Virus record (IMG/VR): IMGVR_UViG_3300020381_000024
Coordinates: 1-35,703 of that record
DNA from: a virus
Taxonomy: Duplodnaviria; Caudoviricetes
Length of the DNA: 35,703 bases
Strand: one strand, 5' to 3'
Shown: positions 1 to 9,273 of the stretch, one piece after another
How positions within the stretch are numbered: the first letter of the stretch is position 1
How the letters are laid out: every line of letters starts with the position of its first letter
The notes under the pieces: model-generated
Told to the model about the DNA's origin: nothing
Database searches by the model: none
The model's input: the letters and a program-made list of their open reading frames with translations, nothing else
Program-made: the position numbers and the translations under genes

Positions 1-266
1 GTTAACTGATGTGTGCCATCTTCTTTGACAATGTGTTCACCATTCTCATCAAGTTTCATAACTTTCTTACATGGATTGGCAATTCGTGCCTCTGATACAA
101 CATACCATTTTGGTGTCTGTAGAGATATCTCTCTCGGTAATGTTGGTTGCATGATATCCAGTTGAACTGGTTTTGATACAATCTCTACTTGTTTTGTACC
201 TAACAATGAGCAACTACTAATCGTTATTGCTAGTGTTGTCAAGATTACTAATTTCTTTAGTATCAT
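1..266 (-). CDS. o-spanin-like outer-membrane lipoprotein (3' end runs off the window)
   Basis: Manually translated, not in ORF track: MILKKLVILTTLAITISS-CSLLGTKQVEIVSKPVQLDIMQPTLPRE...; signal peptide with lipobox, Pro-rich; start overlaps the end of the upstream i-spanin-like gene. Confidence 0.75.
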   Translation of the reverse strand, partial: MILKKLVILTTLAITISSCSLLGTKQVEIVSKPVQLDIMQPTLPREISLQTPKWYVVSEARIANPCKKVMKLDENGEHIVKEDGTHQL

Positions 267-600
267 TCTCTAACTCCCTTAAAACGTCATCTGTACCTTT
301 ATTAAATCTTATTTCCATTAAACCTGGTTTTGCAATCGCAAGTTTTTCAAAGTTGTGTTTTGATAATATAGAAAGATACTTATCTTTGTCTGCCTCAATT
401 TGTGCATTTTTTCTTTGCATGTTTTGTAATGCTTTACCTTGTCTTTCAAAGTTCTCTTGCATTGCTTTCATGGTTTCTTTCTGTTCTTCGACTGCAAGTT
501 CTAATTTAAAGTTATTTGCAGTGAGTGTTTGATTTTCGTTGTATAGATACCATGAACCTAATCCAAGTACCAATATTATTGCTATAAAAAATTGTTGCAT
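217..600 (-). CDS. i-spanin-like inner-membrane protein
   Basis: N-terminal TM helix followed by a long coiled coil; overlaps a lipoprotein gene as in two-component spanins. Confidence 0.75.
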   Translation of the reverse strand: MQQFFIAIILVLGLGSWYLYNENQTLTANNFKLELAVEEQKETMKAMQENFERQGKALQNMQRKNAQIEADKDKYLSILSKHNFEKLAIAKPGLMEIRFNKGTDDVLRELENDTKEISNLDNTSNND

Positions 601-1043
601 TATTTTAATTCAACCTCAATAAATTTGCCAAGTGTTTCAATGTCTTGTTCTGATAATTGTCCTGCTTGTGCCCACATGGTTGATGACATAGCACCGACTT
701 CTCCTCTGTTCTTGTATGTAGTCAATCTGTCAATGATGTAATCTGCTGTCTGTCCTTTGAGTGCTGGAAATACTGCCATACCTTGACCCTCATTTCCGTG
801 ACAAGCGGCACAACCTGCCCATAAACTTCTGATACTACTAAACTCATCTGCGTTTGCAAGTTCTTGTTTTGCTTTGAGTATGTCTATAGTTGTTCCGTGT
901 GTTCTGACATATTCCTCATAACACTCACCAGTGCAACTTTGAGCTCTAGAATATCCTTTATATTCTAGATTGTCGTATGTGTAATATAATAATCCACCAA
1001 ATGAGATTAAAAATGCTACCATTAATCCTGCTATATCATTCAT
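600..1043 (-). CDS. membrane-anchored class I cytochrome c (c553/c4-like)
   Basis: CAACH heme-binding motif, FPALKGQ..YI...L..YK signature, distal Met (STMW), N-terminal hydrophobic helix. Confidence 0.9.
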   Translation of the reverse strand: MNDIAGLMVAFLISFGGLLYYTYDNLEYKGYSRAQSCTGECYEEYVRTHGTTIDILKAKQELANADEFSSIRSLWAGCAACHGNEGQGMAVFPALKGQTADYIIDRLTTYKNRGEVGAMSSTMWAQAGQLSEQDIETLGKFIEVELK

Positions 1044-1044
1044 T

Positions 1045-1215
1045 TTAATTTAAGTAATTTCTCCTAGTTTTTAAAGCGGTTCTTAATTTGCCACTTTTAG
1101 TTCTGTATGGTTGTGTTATGCATTTAGTACCTTCTAAGTTTTTTGTGAGTAGAAGGTAAATGCTGAAGAGTGCTATTGTAGATATGCTCAATAAAAATAA
1201 TAATTCAACCATCAT
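1045..1215 (-). CDS. small single-TM protein (56 aa)
   Basis: Manually translated MMVELLFLLSISTIALFSIYLLLTKNLEGTKCITQPYRTKSGKLRTALKTRRNYLN; fills the gap exactly. Confidence 0.65.
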   Translation of the reverse strand: MMVELLFLLSISTIALFSIYLLLTKNLEGTKCITQPYRTKSGKLRTALKTRRNYLN

Positions 1216-1450
1216 AATCCTCTATAATATAATTGAGTCCAGCAGAACTCCTATACTCTACTATTTTATCTTCATCTGTTCGAAATTTCAAGTGCTTTTC
1301 TTTCTGAACTAACACTTTTTTTACTATGTATGACCTATCGTCTGCATCACCCCATTCTTTATTGAATGATACGGTAATTTTATAACGTGTCGTAAATAAG
1401 TATTTAATCCAATTCCAGATTTTTTCTAAGATAGTCTTTAGAGTTTTCAT
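1205..1450 (-). CDS. hypothetical protein
   Basis: ORF directly behind a TATAAATA box. Confidence 0.7.
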   Translation of the reverse strand: MKTLKTILEKIWNWIKYLFTTRYKITVSFNKEWGDADDRSYIVKKVLVQKEKHLKFRTDEDKIVEYRSSAGLNYIIEDYDG

Positions 1451-1455
1451 ACTTT

Positions 1456-1463
1456 TATTTATA
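1456..1463 (-). promoter_or_regulatory. T4-type late promoter TATAAATA, 5 nt before ATG
   Basis: Exact T4 gp55 consensus immediately downstream of a terminator. Confidence 0.75.
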
Positions 1464-1467
1464 GTTT

Positions 1468-1504
1468 AAAAAAAAGGGGAGTTTTTTTTATAGTCAAAAC
1501 TCCC
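1468..1504 (-). terminator. Rho-independent terminator
   Basis: GGGAGTTTT/AAAACTCCC 9-bp stem followed by T8 on the minus strand. Confidence 0.85.
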
Positions 1505-1643
1505 ACACCGAAAAAATAGACCGCAATTTCAGTTTATAGTTAAGGTCAATAAACTAGGGCGCACATGCTCAAAGATGACCTAAAATGATGATACGGCGGG
1601 CGACTTTCTGCCGTTTCTTGAGTTCGAATTTCCAATTAAGGTC
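1505..1643. ncRNA. candidate structured non-coding RNA
   Basis: Longest intergenic gap, locally GC-richer, several hairpins and repeated GACCT/AGGTC complements; family not recognised. Confidence 0.35.
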
Positions 1644-2159
1644 TTACTCACCACTCTCACCATTTCTTAATTCTTTTAATCTCTCGATTGTTGATTTCGC
1701 ACTAGTATGTATGATACCGATACCACCTGCATCTTCCCATGCTTTGATGTTTTTTGGTCTATCATCAATTAATACTGAACCCTCTTCAGCAAAAGCTGCT
1801 TTCTGAGTACCACCCATGGTACAAGTAACAACTACACTAGGGTCAACATATCTTCTTATCCAGTAATTTTTGTCGTAAACAACTAACTCTCTGTTCACTT
1901 TACCAGCAGCAGTTAGAATTTCCCAAGGACATTCACAATGTTTGATGTATGCAATCAAGTCATACATATCTACCATCGGAGGTAGATTTGCAAATAATCT
2001 CTTGTTTGTTAATTCTTCTTTTCTTTTATCGTATGTTGAATGTCCTTCATCATCATTAGTTAGAGGTTCACCAAGATATTGTGGCATTTCTACACCTCTT
2101 AGGAAATCGGCAAGTACGCCGTCCATATCTACAAATATTCTATTCACTTTATTTTTCAT
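1644..2159 (-). CDS. 5'(3')-deoxyribonucleotidase (NT5C, HAD family)
   Basis: DMDGVLADF motif I, ILT motif II, LIDD motif IV; start moved to MKNKVN because the promoter overlaps the longer ORF start. Confidence 0.85.
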   Translation of the reverse strand: MKNKVNRIFVDMDGVLADFLRGVEMPQYLGEPLTNDDEGHSTYDKRKEELTNKRLFANLPPMVDMYDLIAYIKHCECPWEILTAAGKVNRELVVYDKNYWIRRYVDPSVVVTCTMGGTQKAAFAEEGSVLIDDRPKNIKAWEDAGGIGIIHTSAKSTIERLKELRNGESGE

Positions 2160-2165
2160 ACTTGT

Positions 2166-2195
2166 ATTATAGTATAAAATAGGGGCTATTGTCAA
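2166..2195 (-). promoter_or_regulatory. sigma70-type early promoter
   Basis: TTGACA-N18-TATAAT-N6-ATG. Confidence 0.85.
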
Positions 2196-2959
2196 CCCCT
2201 AGTCGAATCAGTTTCGTTTCGGTTTCTCTGTATATTATGTAATTTATCCCACTCTTCAGGCGTGAGTTCCTTTCTTGGTTTGACCTTGATATTCATAATT
2301 TTTCTATGAAAAGGCGATGGTTGTCTCAAAGCAGGTCTATGATATGTGTCACCATCTATATTAGGCCATATAAAGGCAGTATTATGTACGTTATCTACAC
2401 ATTTTACAAAATTACGGTCTTTATCAAACATGTCTGTACCTGCATTAACATCATCTGGATGTCTAAAATATATCATACCTGATATGGGTTTAAATACGAA
2501 ATCATTATGTATTGCTTGACCATATCGTGTGGGTTTAGATACAGGCATATATGCACTATAACACATGTCATTTTTAAATTCTTCTTTGAATTTTTCAGTT
2601 TTATGCGTATCACTTAAAAATTCTGGTAAATCTATAACACCAAAATAATTTGCACATTTTTGTAACCATGAAAACGATTCTTCTTTTGAATCATAAATTA
2701 ATTTTTTGATATTTTCATCGTCTAGAGAAATTTCTTCTCCATCTATGACATGTTTTGTGTAATGTCTAAAATCCATTCTCATATTATTCCAATTAGACTT
2801 CTCTTCAACAAATTCTAAACCAACCTTTTCGTAAAATCTTTCGATAGTTTCACTATATAAAAATTCGTCTGCTATCTCAGGCAACATAATGTTTTCTATT
2901 AGAACATGTTTGTAGGGTTCATCGAAGAAATGAAACTTCATGTCAGGATTATAAATCAT
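2192..2959 (-). CDS. 2OG-Fe(II) oxygenase-like protein
   Basis: HxD (IHND) ... H (TYHR) ... R (HRKIMN) facial-triad pattern. Confidence 0.65.
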   Translation of the reverse strand: MIYNPDMKFHFFDEPYKHVLIENIMLPEIADEFLYSETIERFYEKVGLEFVEEKSNWNNMRMDFRHYTKHVIDGEEISLDDENIKKLIYDSKEESFSWLQKCANYFGVIDLPEFLSDTHKTEKFKEEFKNDMCYSAYMPVSKPTRYGQAIHNDFVFKPISGMIYFRHPDDVNAGTDMFDKDRNFVKCVDNVHNTAFIWPNIDGDTYHRPALRQPSPFHRKIMNIKVKPRKELTPEEWDKLHNIQRNRNETDSTRG

Positions 2960-3260
2960 TTGCTAGTTGTTTCTCCATAATGTATGCCTCATTTTCATCA
3001 ATAGGTCTTTCTTCTAATATTTGTTTGGCATGTATCATTTCATGTGCTAACGTTATGTATCTCTCTTCGTCTAATCTGACATAGATGGACAAATAAGTTT
3101 TGCCTTCCAATTGTCTAGGGTGTTCTATGATACCTTTTTGTGTAAATGATGGAGGAAGTCTATAGATGTTGATATCAGCATCGTAATGTGATATGTCTAA
3201 TTTCTTACTATATTCTACAGCTTTATCTACCATAGCACCTATTTTACTATAAATTCTCAT
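2949..3260 (-). CDS. HExxH metallopeptidase-like protein
   Basis: TLAHEMIHAKQ plus downstream ENEAY. Confidence 0.65.
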   Translation of the reverse strand: MRIYSKIGAMVDKAVEYSKKLDISHYDADINIYRLPPSFTQKGIIEHPRQLEGKTYLSIYVRLDEERYITLAHEMIHAKQILEERPIDENEAYIMEKQLANDL

Positions 3261-3645
3261 GACTATAGATTGTAGTTTGATTGTTTTCTATTTGATTCTG
3301 ACATCTTTCATTTAGTTTTTTAACTTTGTCTTTGTATGACCAACCTAATCTACTTTGTTTTTCACCATCTTGATATGGTGGTGTGAGTCCTAGTTCTGTA
3401 TATTGTTCTGCTGTGATATCAATAATCTCATCACCTTTTTGACACCACCAATGATATTCACCTTCTTCATCTATACCTCTGTATAAATCTAGTTCAGGAA
3501 AGAAATCTTGTAAAACTGCTGATGCATGATAACAATGACCTGCCATCTTTTGTTTAGCGTTTTTATTAATCCAACTTCTAGAGAGTAAATCAGTCGTTAA
3601 GTTTTCTTTGATTATACAAATAATTTGTTCTAAATTATTCTTCAT
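3247..3645 (-). CDS. hypothetical protein with papain/transglutaminase-like Cys-His-Asp pattern
   Basis: GHCYHAS...YHWW...IDITAEQY; start reassigned to ATG of MKNNLE. Confidence 0.5.
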   Translation of the reverse strand: MKNNLEQIICIIKENLTTDLLSRSWINKNAKQKMAGHCYHASAVLQDFFPELDLYRGIDEEGEYHWWCQKGDEIIDITAEQYTELGLTPPYQDGEKQSRLGWSYKDKVKKLNERCQNQIENNQTTIYSHENL

Positions 3646-3787
3646 CTGTATCGTCAAAAAACCAGTCATCAATTTTAGTTCCACAAAATGTACAGACTTT
3701 TGGTTTTAACACTTCAGTTGGCTCATGTATAGGTTCAACTTCAAATTCGCTCTGGCATTCATCACAATAGTATCTAAATCTAATCAT
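3635..3787 (-). CDS. small zinc-ribbon protein (50 aa)
   Basis: Manually translated MIRFRYYCDECQSEFEV...KVCTFCGTKIDDWFFDDTDEE; two CxxC pairs. Confidence 0.75.
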   Translation of the reverse strand: MIRFRYYCDECQSEFEVEPIHEPTEVLKPKVCTFCGTKIDDWFFDDTDEE

Positions 3788-4076
3788 AATCTGGTATATA
3801 TTCGTCTTCTGCTTTATCTTGTTCTAAGATGTATGTTTTCCACATAGATTCAAAAGACTTTTTCTTTGGTTGTTGATTTGGTTTTGTTTCCACACAAAAC
3901 GGTAGAGTTTCTTCTTGCCATTTTGGATGTAAATCAGATTTACTTAAATCCACACCTACAACGTAAGTGCGAACTTCACAAAATTCACGGTCTATTTTTT
4001 TGAGTAGATGTTTCCATCTCTCACAAATAACATCTTGGTCTTTTTCAATAGGCATGAATAGTTGTATTTTTCTCAT
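3780..4076 (-). CDS. hypothetical protein
   Basis: ORF coupled to glutaredoxin by TAATG overlap. Confidence 0.65.
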   Translation of the reverse strand: MRKIQLFMPIEKDQDVICERWKHLLKKIDREFCEVRTYVVGVDLSKSDLHPKWQEETLPFCVETKPNQQPKKKSFESMWKTYILEQDKAEDEYIPDYD

Positions 4077-4300
4077 TACTTATTGAGATGCCATTCTAAG
4101 AGATTGTCGTATCCACCAATTGCATGGCCATCTATTCTGATTTGTGGAAAAGTTCTTGCTGTAGGAAATTGTTCAAAGAGTTCTTCTCTTGTAAAGTCCT
4201 CATCTAACATTTTATATTCAAATTTATATCCTTGTTGTTCACAAAGTGACTTTGCTTTTACACAATATGGACATGCTGGTTTACTGAAAATTTCTATCAT
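4076..4300 (-). CDS. nrdC: glutaredoxin
   Basis: CPYC, TFPQI, IGGYD motifs; downstream of nrdAB. Confidence 0.95.
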   Translation of the reverse strand: MIEIFSKPACPYCVKAKSLCEQQGYKFEYKMLDEDFTREELFEQFPTARTFPQIRIDGHAIGGYDNLLEWHLNK

Positions 4301-4302
4301 AA

Positions 4303-4905
4303 TTATCTCCTTAATTCTTCTAATAACATTTGTTCACTTTCACTGCCTGAGTCATCGATTGTCTCTCCGACTAGTTGTTTAACTTCATTCGAAAGTCTAT
4401 CGTATTGTTGCCTTAATGGTAATCCATTCAACAAAGGTGTAAATTGTCTAATACCTTTGAGTGTAGGTTCTGCAAAATCTGTAAATAATCTAAATGCTTG
4501 AATTAATTCTAGTGTTTTTGGGAAAATAGGAAATTGAAATGTGCCTCCGTCAGCAATTTCATCAAAACCACAATCTGCACCAAAAACAACATTTATTTTT
4601 CTATCAGTTTGTCTTAATGCCATGTCTAATGCTGATACAAACCACATACTATAAGGCAATCTTTCCATACTCGCATAATTTTCGTTTAATGGGTCGTATC
4701 TTTTATCTATTATTAAATCGACACCATAGAAGTCGCATATTTTTTGTAAATTTTCGTGTGTTTTTTTACCTTCTTCTGTAACATGAAGACATATTAGTTC
4801 ATCTTCTTCGCCTTTGTTTTTTGCAATAAAATCTAACAATGCGGTACTCTTAATACCGCCAGTAAACATGACAACAACTCTTTCTAATTTTTCATATATT
4901 TGCAT
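4303..4905 (-). CDS. degenerate PP-loop (QueC-like) protein
   Basis: VVVMFTGGIKSTALL resembles SGGxDS; no C-terminal Zn-binding cysteine cluster. Confidence 0.5.
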   Translation of the reverse strand: MQIYEKLERVVVMFTGGIKSTALLDFIAKNKGEEDELICLHVTEEGKKTHENLQKICDFYGVDLIIDKRYDPLNENYASMERLPYSMWFVSALDMALRQTDRKINVVFGADCGFDEIADGGTFQFPIFPKTLELIQAFRLFTDFAEPTLKGIRQFTPLLNGLPLRQQYDRLSNEVKQLVGETIDDSGSESEQMLLEELRR

Positions 4906-4914
4906 AATTTATCT

Positions 4915-6015
4915 TTATAATTTAAAATCTGAGAAAGTATCATCATTCACATCTTGTTTGATACCACCAATGACGTATGATTCAATCTCAGTTTCTTGTG
5001 GTGCATTCTGTAACCCTCTACTATTAAACCAATGTTGTGTCCATGGTAAAGGATTGTTTGCACTTGATATATCATATATAGGTTTTAATCCTATCGCTCT
5101 AAGTCTTTTGTTTGCTATGAATTCTACATATTGACCAAGTAGTGGTACAGATAAACCAATCATTGAACCTTCTTTGAATAGAAACTCTGCCCATTCTTTC
5201 TCCTGTGCAACTGCATCTTCGTACATTGCATAAACTTCTTGCTCACAATCTTTCATAACTCGATTCATTATCTTATCATTTTCTTGATTTTTATATGCTT
5301 TGAGAATGTGTTGTGATACTGCAAGGTGTTGTGCTTCATCTCTAGCAATGAATGATATAATTTTTGCTGAACCTTCCATGAGTTTTAATTCACCAAATCC
5401 AAAACTACATGCGAATGACACAAAGAATCGTATACCTTCTAAGATGTTAACTGATATCAATGCGAGATATAATGCTTTATATAATTCGTATTCGTCTACT
5501 TTGAGACCTAATAATTGTCTACGACCTAACTCTATAAATTTGTCGTACTTTTCTGTTACCATTTCTGCTCTTTTGATAATTGCAGGTTCATCTATAATTG
5601 TATCGAATATATCACTTGGGTCTGAGTAAACATTCTTTATAATGTGTGTATAAGAACGACTATGGATAGTTTCCATGAAGTCCCATGTGATGATACAAGA
5701 CTCGAGTTCAGGTAGAGTCACGAATGGTAGAAATGCTATAGATGGTGCTCTACCTTGAACTGAATCTAAAAGTGTTTGATATCTTAAATTTGATGTAAAG
5801 ATATGTTTTTGTGCATCAGTGAGTGATAGATAATCTCCTCTATCTTTTTGTAAAGATACTTCTTCAGGTCTCCAAAAGAATCCTAATTGTTTTTGTGTGA
5901 GTTTGTCAAAGATTGGATATTTGAACTCATCGAATCTTTGAGTATTCAATTCTTCGCCAAAGAATAATTTGTTCTTTTTAAAGTCTACGTTGTTTTTGTT
6001 GAATACGGTGCTCAT
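4915..6015 (-). CDS. nrdB: ribonucleotide reductase class Ia beta subunit
   Basis: FFWRPEEV, ETIHSRSY, EGIRFFVSFAC, RDEAQH, APQETEIESY; start MSTVF likely. Confidence 0.97.
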   Translation of the reverse strand: MSTVFNKNNVDFKKNKLFFGEELNTQRFDEFKYPIFDKLTQKQLGFFWRPEEVSLQKDRGDYLSLTDAQKHIFTSNLRYQTLLDSVQGRAPSIAFLPFVTLPELESCIITWDFMETIHSRSYTHIIKNVYSDPSDIFDTIIDEPAIIKRAEMVTEKYDKFIELGRRQLLGLKVDEYELYKALYLALISVNILEGIRFFVSFACSFGFGELKLMEGSAKIISFIARDEAQHLAVSQHILKAYKNQENDKIMNRVMKDCEQEVYAMYEDAVAQEKEWAEFLFKEGSMIGLSVPLLGQYVEFIANKRLRAIGLKPIYDISSANNPLPWTQHWFNSRGLQNAPQETEIESYVIGGIKQDVNDDTFSDFKL

Positions 6016-6983
6016 ATTTTTTCCCAATCAGTAAAATCATTAGTGGCAGAAATTTTATCCATGTCATGTTCGTGATTACTATCTTTTACTGAATTATATA
6101 CGTTAGTAAAATGTGTAAAATCTGGATTATTTTGCTGAGTACTATATATGTGTTCTCTGCCGTCCAACTCTAGGGCACCTAATATTGTATTACCAGGTAA
6201 TCCATTTTGTCGATGTATTTTAGAAAACCAATCTTCACCAAATACATCTCTTAAACGTGAATTTCTATTATAGAAATGTATAAACATATGATACGAATAA
6301 TCTCCTAAAAGATAATCTCTCCAATGAGGTGCATTTGGTCCTTGATACATCATGACATCGCCAGGTTCAAGTAAAACTTTACGACAATTATTTTCTTCTC
6401 TTAGTCGTTGGGGTATATCTTGAGTACATTCTTTTATGTAATCAGGAGATTCATGTATAAAATTTTTGTCGTTTCTAATCCATATGGGCCATGGTGTGTT
6501 ATCATCTGTTTTGTAATCCAAACATATAGTTGCACTAACTTCGCATGATGGTCTATCTACGTGTGAACCTAGATATGCACCTCGTAAATATTTTCTAGTA
6601 TATGTGTATGTAGGACCTAAATTTAAATCTAAAACATCATCTAATCTTCTGTGTAGATATTCGTGCATTGCTATGCCCCAAGGCGTTGAATATCCAGCTA
6701 CTGATTTGCCGATAGAAGATTTTGGATTTTTATATGTGATGTCTCGATTTTCTTGATTTAAAATACTCTCAGAATTTGGATGGTGCTCGACTGCTTTCCA
6801 TGTATCTAAACAGAACTTGATAATTTCTGGTTCTATTAATCCTTTTAAGACTACGTATCTGTTTTTAACAAATTGCCACGTTTCAGGATTTGTTTTACCC
6901 TTTACAAATTTTTGTTCTTCGCCTTCTTTACAATTATCAGGTCTCTTAAATGCTATAGTTCTATTCTCAAATGGCACAGGCAT
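6012..6983 (-). CDS. 2OG-Fe(II) oxygenase (phage PKHD-type)
   Basis: HVDRPSCEVSATICL...LEPGDVMMYQG...HWR; start MPVPF has AAGGAG upstream. Confidence 0.85.
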   Translation of the reverse strand: MPVPFENRTIAFKRPDNCKEGEEQKFVKGKTNPETWQFVKNRYVVLKGLIEPEIIKFCLDTWKAVEHHPNSESILNQENRDITYKNPKSSIGKSVAGYSTPWGIAMHEYLHRRLDDVLDLNLGPTYTYTRKYLRGAYLGSHVDRPSCEVSATICLDYKTDDNTPWPIWIRNDKNFIHESPDYIKECTQDIPQRLREENNCRKVLLEPGDVMMYQGPNAPHWRDYLLGDYSYHMFIHFYNRNSRLRDVFGEDWFSKIHRQNGLPGNTILGALELDGREHIYSTQQNNPDFTHFTNVYNSVKDSNHEHDMDKISATNDFTDWEKI

Positions 6984-9273
6984 CGCAATCTTCTCCTTCT
7001 TCATACTTTGACATAACATTAGCTGCATCGTCTACAGCACTAGGTTTGTCTACAATTACATCTTCTGTTTTACCGTCCATGGTATTTTGATAATAAGATG
7101 TTTTCCAACCATACTTATATGTGTTCAACAAGTCTTTTGCCATAACTGACACAGGCACTTCGTTGTTTTCATAATTTTCTGGATTATATGACCAGTTTCC
7201 TGATATCGCCTGGTCAAAGAATTTTTGCATCACAGCAACTACGTTAATATATCCTTCGTTTGATTGCATATCCCACAATAAAGTATATGCATTTTTTAAT
7301 ATAGAATATTGTGGTACAATCTGTTTGAGTGTACCTTTCTTACTCTTTTTCACTGACAAGTAATCTCTAGGTGGTTCAATACCATTTGTTGCATTTGATA
7401 CAACACTAGATGATTCACTTGGCATTTGTGCAGTAAGAGTAGAATGTCTTAAACCAACAACTTGTATATCTTCTCTTAACTTTTCCCAATCATGTTTATA
7501 TTTTGAATTGACTAATTCATCAACATCTTTCTTGTATGTGTCGATTGGTAAAATTCCTTTTGAGTATTTTGTTTTATCAAAATCACCACATGCACCTTTT
7601 TCTTTAGCAATTTGATTAGATGACTTGAGTAGATAGTATTGAAAACTTTCTGTTAAATCATGTACAAGTTGTAATGCTTCAGGTGAATCATATTTGACTT
7701 TATTTTTTGCTAAGAAATGTGCGAGGCCAATATAACCGATACCTAGACTTCTTCTGTTGATAGTTGATATTTTTGCAGCTTCAACTGGATATTCTTGATA
7801 ATCAATTAGTTCTTCTAAACCTCTGACTGCAAGGTCACACAAATCTTCTATTTCATCTTCTTTGATAATACCTACATTAAGTGCTGATAAAATACAAAGT
7901 GCAATTTCGCCATCACCATCAATGTGGTCGATAGGGTCAGTTGGTAAAGTAATTTCTTGACAAAGATTACTCATGTTCACTTTGTCTAAGAAACTACTAT
8001 GCGTATTACAATGGTCTATATTCATGATATAGATTCGGCCAGTCTCCGCTCTTTCTTTTAATAAATCTGTAATAAGTTCTCTTGCATTTACTTTCTTTTT
8101 AGGGATAGAATATGCATTTTCGTACTTCTGATATAGTTCATCAAACCCATTTGTACCAAATGACTCGTAGAGACCAGGCACATCATGAGGACTAAACAAA
8201 GTAATGTCTTCATTTTTAATAAATCGTTCATAAAATAACTTGCTTAATTGAATCGAGTAGTCGAGTTTCCTGACACGATTGTCTTCAGTCCCTTTGTTAT
8301 TCTTGAGAACAATGATGTCTTCGATTTCTTGGTGCCATATAGGGAAGTGGCAAGTAGCACTTCCACCTCTGACACCGTTTTGTGTACAGCATCTAACCGT
8401 TGATTCAAATTTTTTAAGAAAAGGGATAACTCCAGTATGCTGGACTTCACCGCCTCTAATTTTACTACCAATTCCTCTGATTCTACCTGCGTTAATCCCA
8501 ATACCTGCTCTTTGTGCGACATATCTTCCAATAGCCATGTCACTTGCGAAGATAGATGGGAGAGAGTCTCCTGAGTCGACAAGCACACAGCTAGCGAATT
8601 GTTTAAGCGGTGTTCTAACACCTGCCATAATTGGTGTTGGTATGTTAATTTTGAATTGTGAGATTGCATCATAATACCTCTTTACATAATCTAATCTATT
8701 TTCACCATAGTTTTGAAATAATGTCATGGCGATTAACATGTACATGAATTGCGGAGTTTCAAAAATGTCTCCACTACTTCTATCTTGTACCAAATACTTG
8801 TCTACTATTTGTTGTAGACCTGCATAAGTAAATTCGAAATCTCTGCTGTGTCTAAGATAACCATTTAGTTTCTTAAGTTCTTTATCTGAATAATAATTTA
8901 ATATTTCTTTGTTGTAAACTCCGTGGTCTAAGTTTCTTTCTATAATATCTTTAAGCGAAGGATATATCTCTGCATCTTTCCATTTTGTGTTAAAAACTTG
9001 TTTTTGAATTGCAAATAATAAAAGTCTAGCTGCTACAAATTGATAATTAGGACTCTCTAACGATATCAAATCACTAGCACTTTTGACAAGTATCTTTTGT
9101 ATTTCTTTTGTTGTTATACCATCAAAAAATTGTAGACCACTATTCATTTCTACTAGCGATTCAGAAACACCTGTAATACCTCTACATGCTTTCTCTACCA
9201 TTTTATGAATCTTTTCTAAATTGATTTCTACTTTCGAACCGTCAGACTTGACTACTTTTATATCTGAATTCAT
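6967..9273 (-). CDS. nrdA: ribonucleotide reductase class Ia alpha subunit with ATP cone
   Basis: ATP cone, PTPIMAG, FASCV, SNLCQEI, MPSESSS, C-terminal CDAC. Confidence 0.98.
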   Translation of the reverse strand: MNSDIKVVKSDGSKVEINLEKIHKMVEKACRGITGVSESLVEMNSGLQFFDGITTKEIQKILVKSASDLISLESPNYQFVAARLLLFAIQKQVFNTKWKDAEIYPSLKDIIERNLDHGVYNKEILNYYSDKELKKLNGYLRHSRDFEFTYAGLQQIVDKYLVQDRSSGDIFETPQFMYMLIAMTLFQNYGENRLDYVKRYYDAISQFKINIPTPIMAGVRTPLKQFASCVLVDSGDSLPSIFASDMAIGRYVAQRAGIGINAGRIRGIGSKIRGGEVQHTGVIPFLKKFESTVRCCTQNGVRGGSATCHFPIWHQEIEDIIVLKNNKGTEDNRVRKLDYSIQLSKLFYERFIKNEDITLFSPHDVPGLYESFGTNGFDELYQKYENAYSIPKKKVNARELITDLLKERAETGRIYIMNIDHCNTHSSFLDKVNMSNLCQEITLPTDPIDHIDGDGEIALCILSALNVGIIKEDEIEDLCDLAVRGLEELIDYQEYPVEAAKISTINRRSLGIGYIGLAHFLAKNKVKYDSPEALQLVHDLTESFQYYLLKSSNQIAKEKGACGDFDKTKYSKGILPIDTYKKDVDELVNSKYKHDWEKLREDIQVVGLRHSTLTAQMPSESSSVVSNATNGIEPPRDYLSVKKSKKGTLKQIVPQYSILKNAYTLLWDMQSNEGYINVVAVMQKFFDQAISGNWSYNPENYENNEVPVSVMAKDLLNTYKYGWKTSYYQNTMDGKTEDVIVDKPSAVDDAANVMSKYEEGEDCDACAI

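Noticed and set aside
1590-1636. GTTCGAAT T-loop-like motif suggesting a tRNA, and ATGATGA suggesting a hammerhead core
   Set aside because: No acceptor, D or anticodon arms; no CUGAnGA/GAAA pair; kept only as an unassigned structured RNA
4303-4905. Bona fide queC
   Set aside because: PP-loop Asp and the C-terminal Cys cluster are missing
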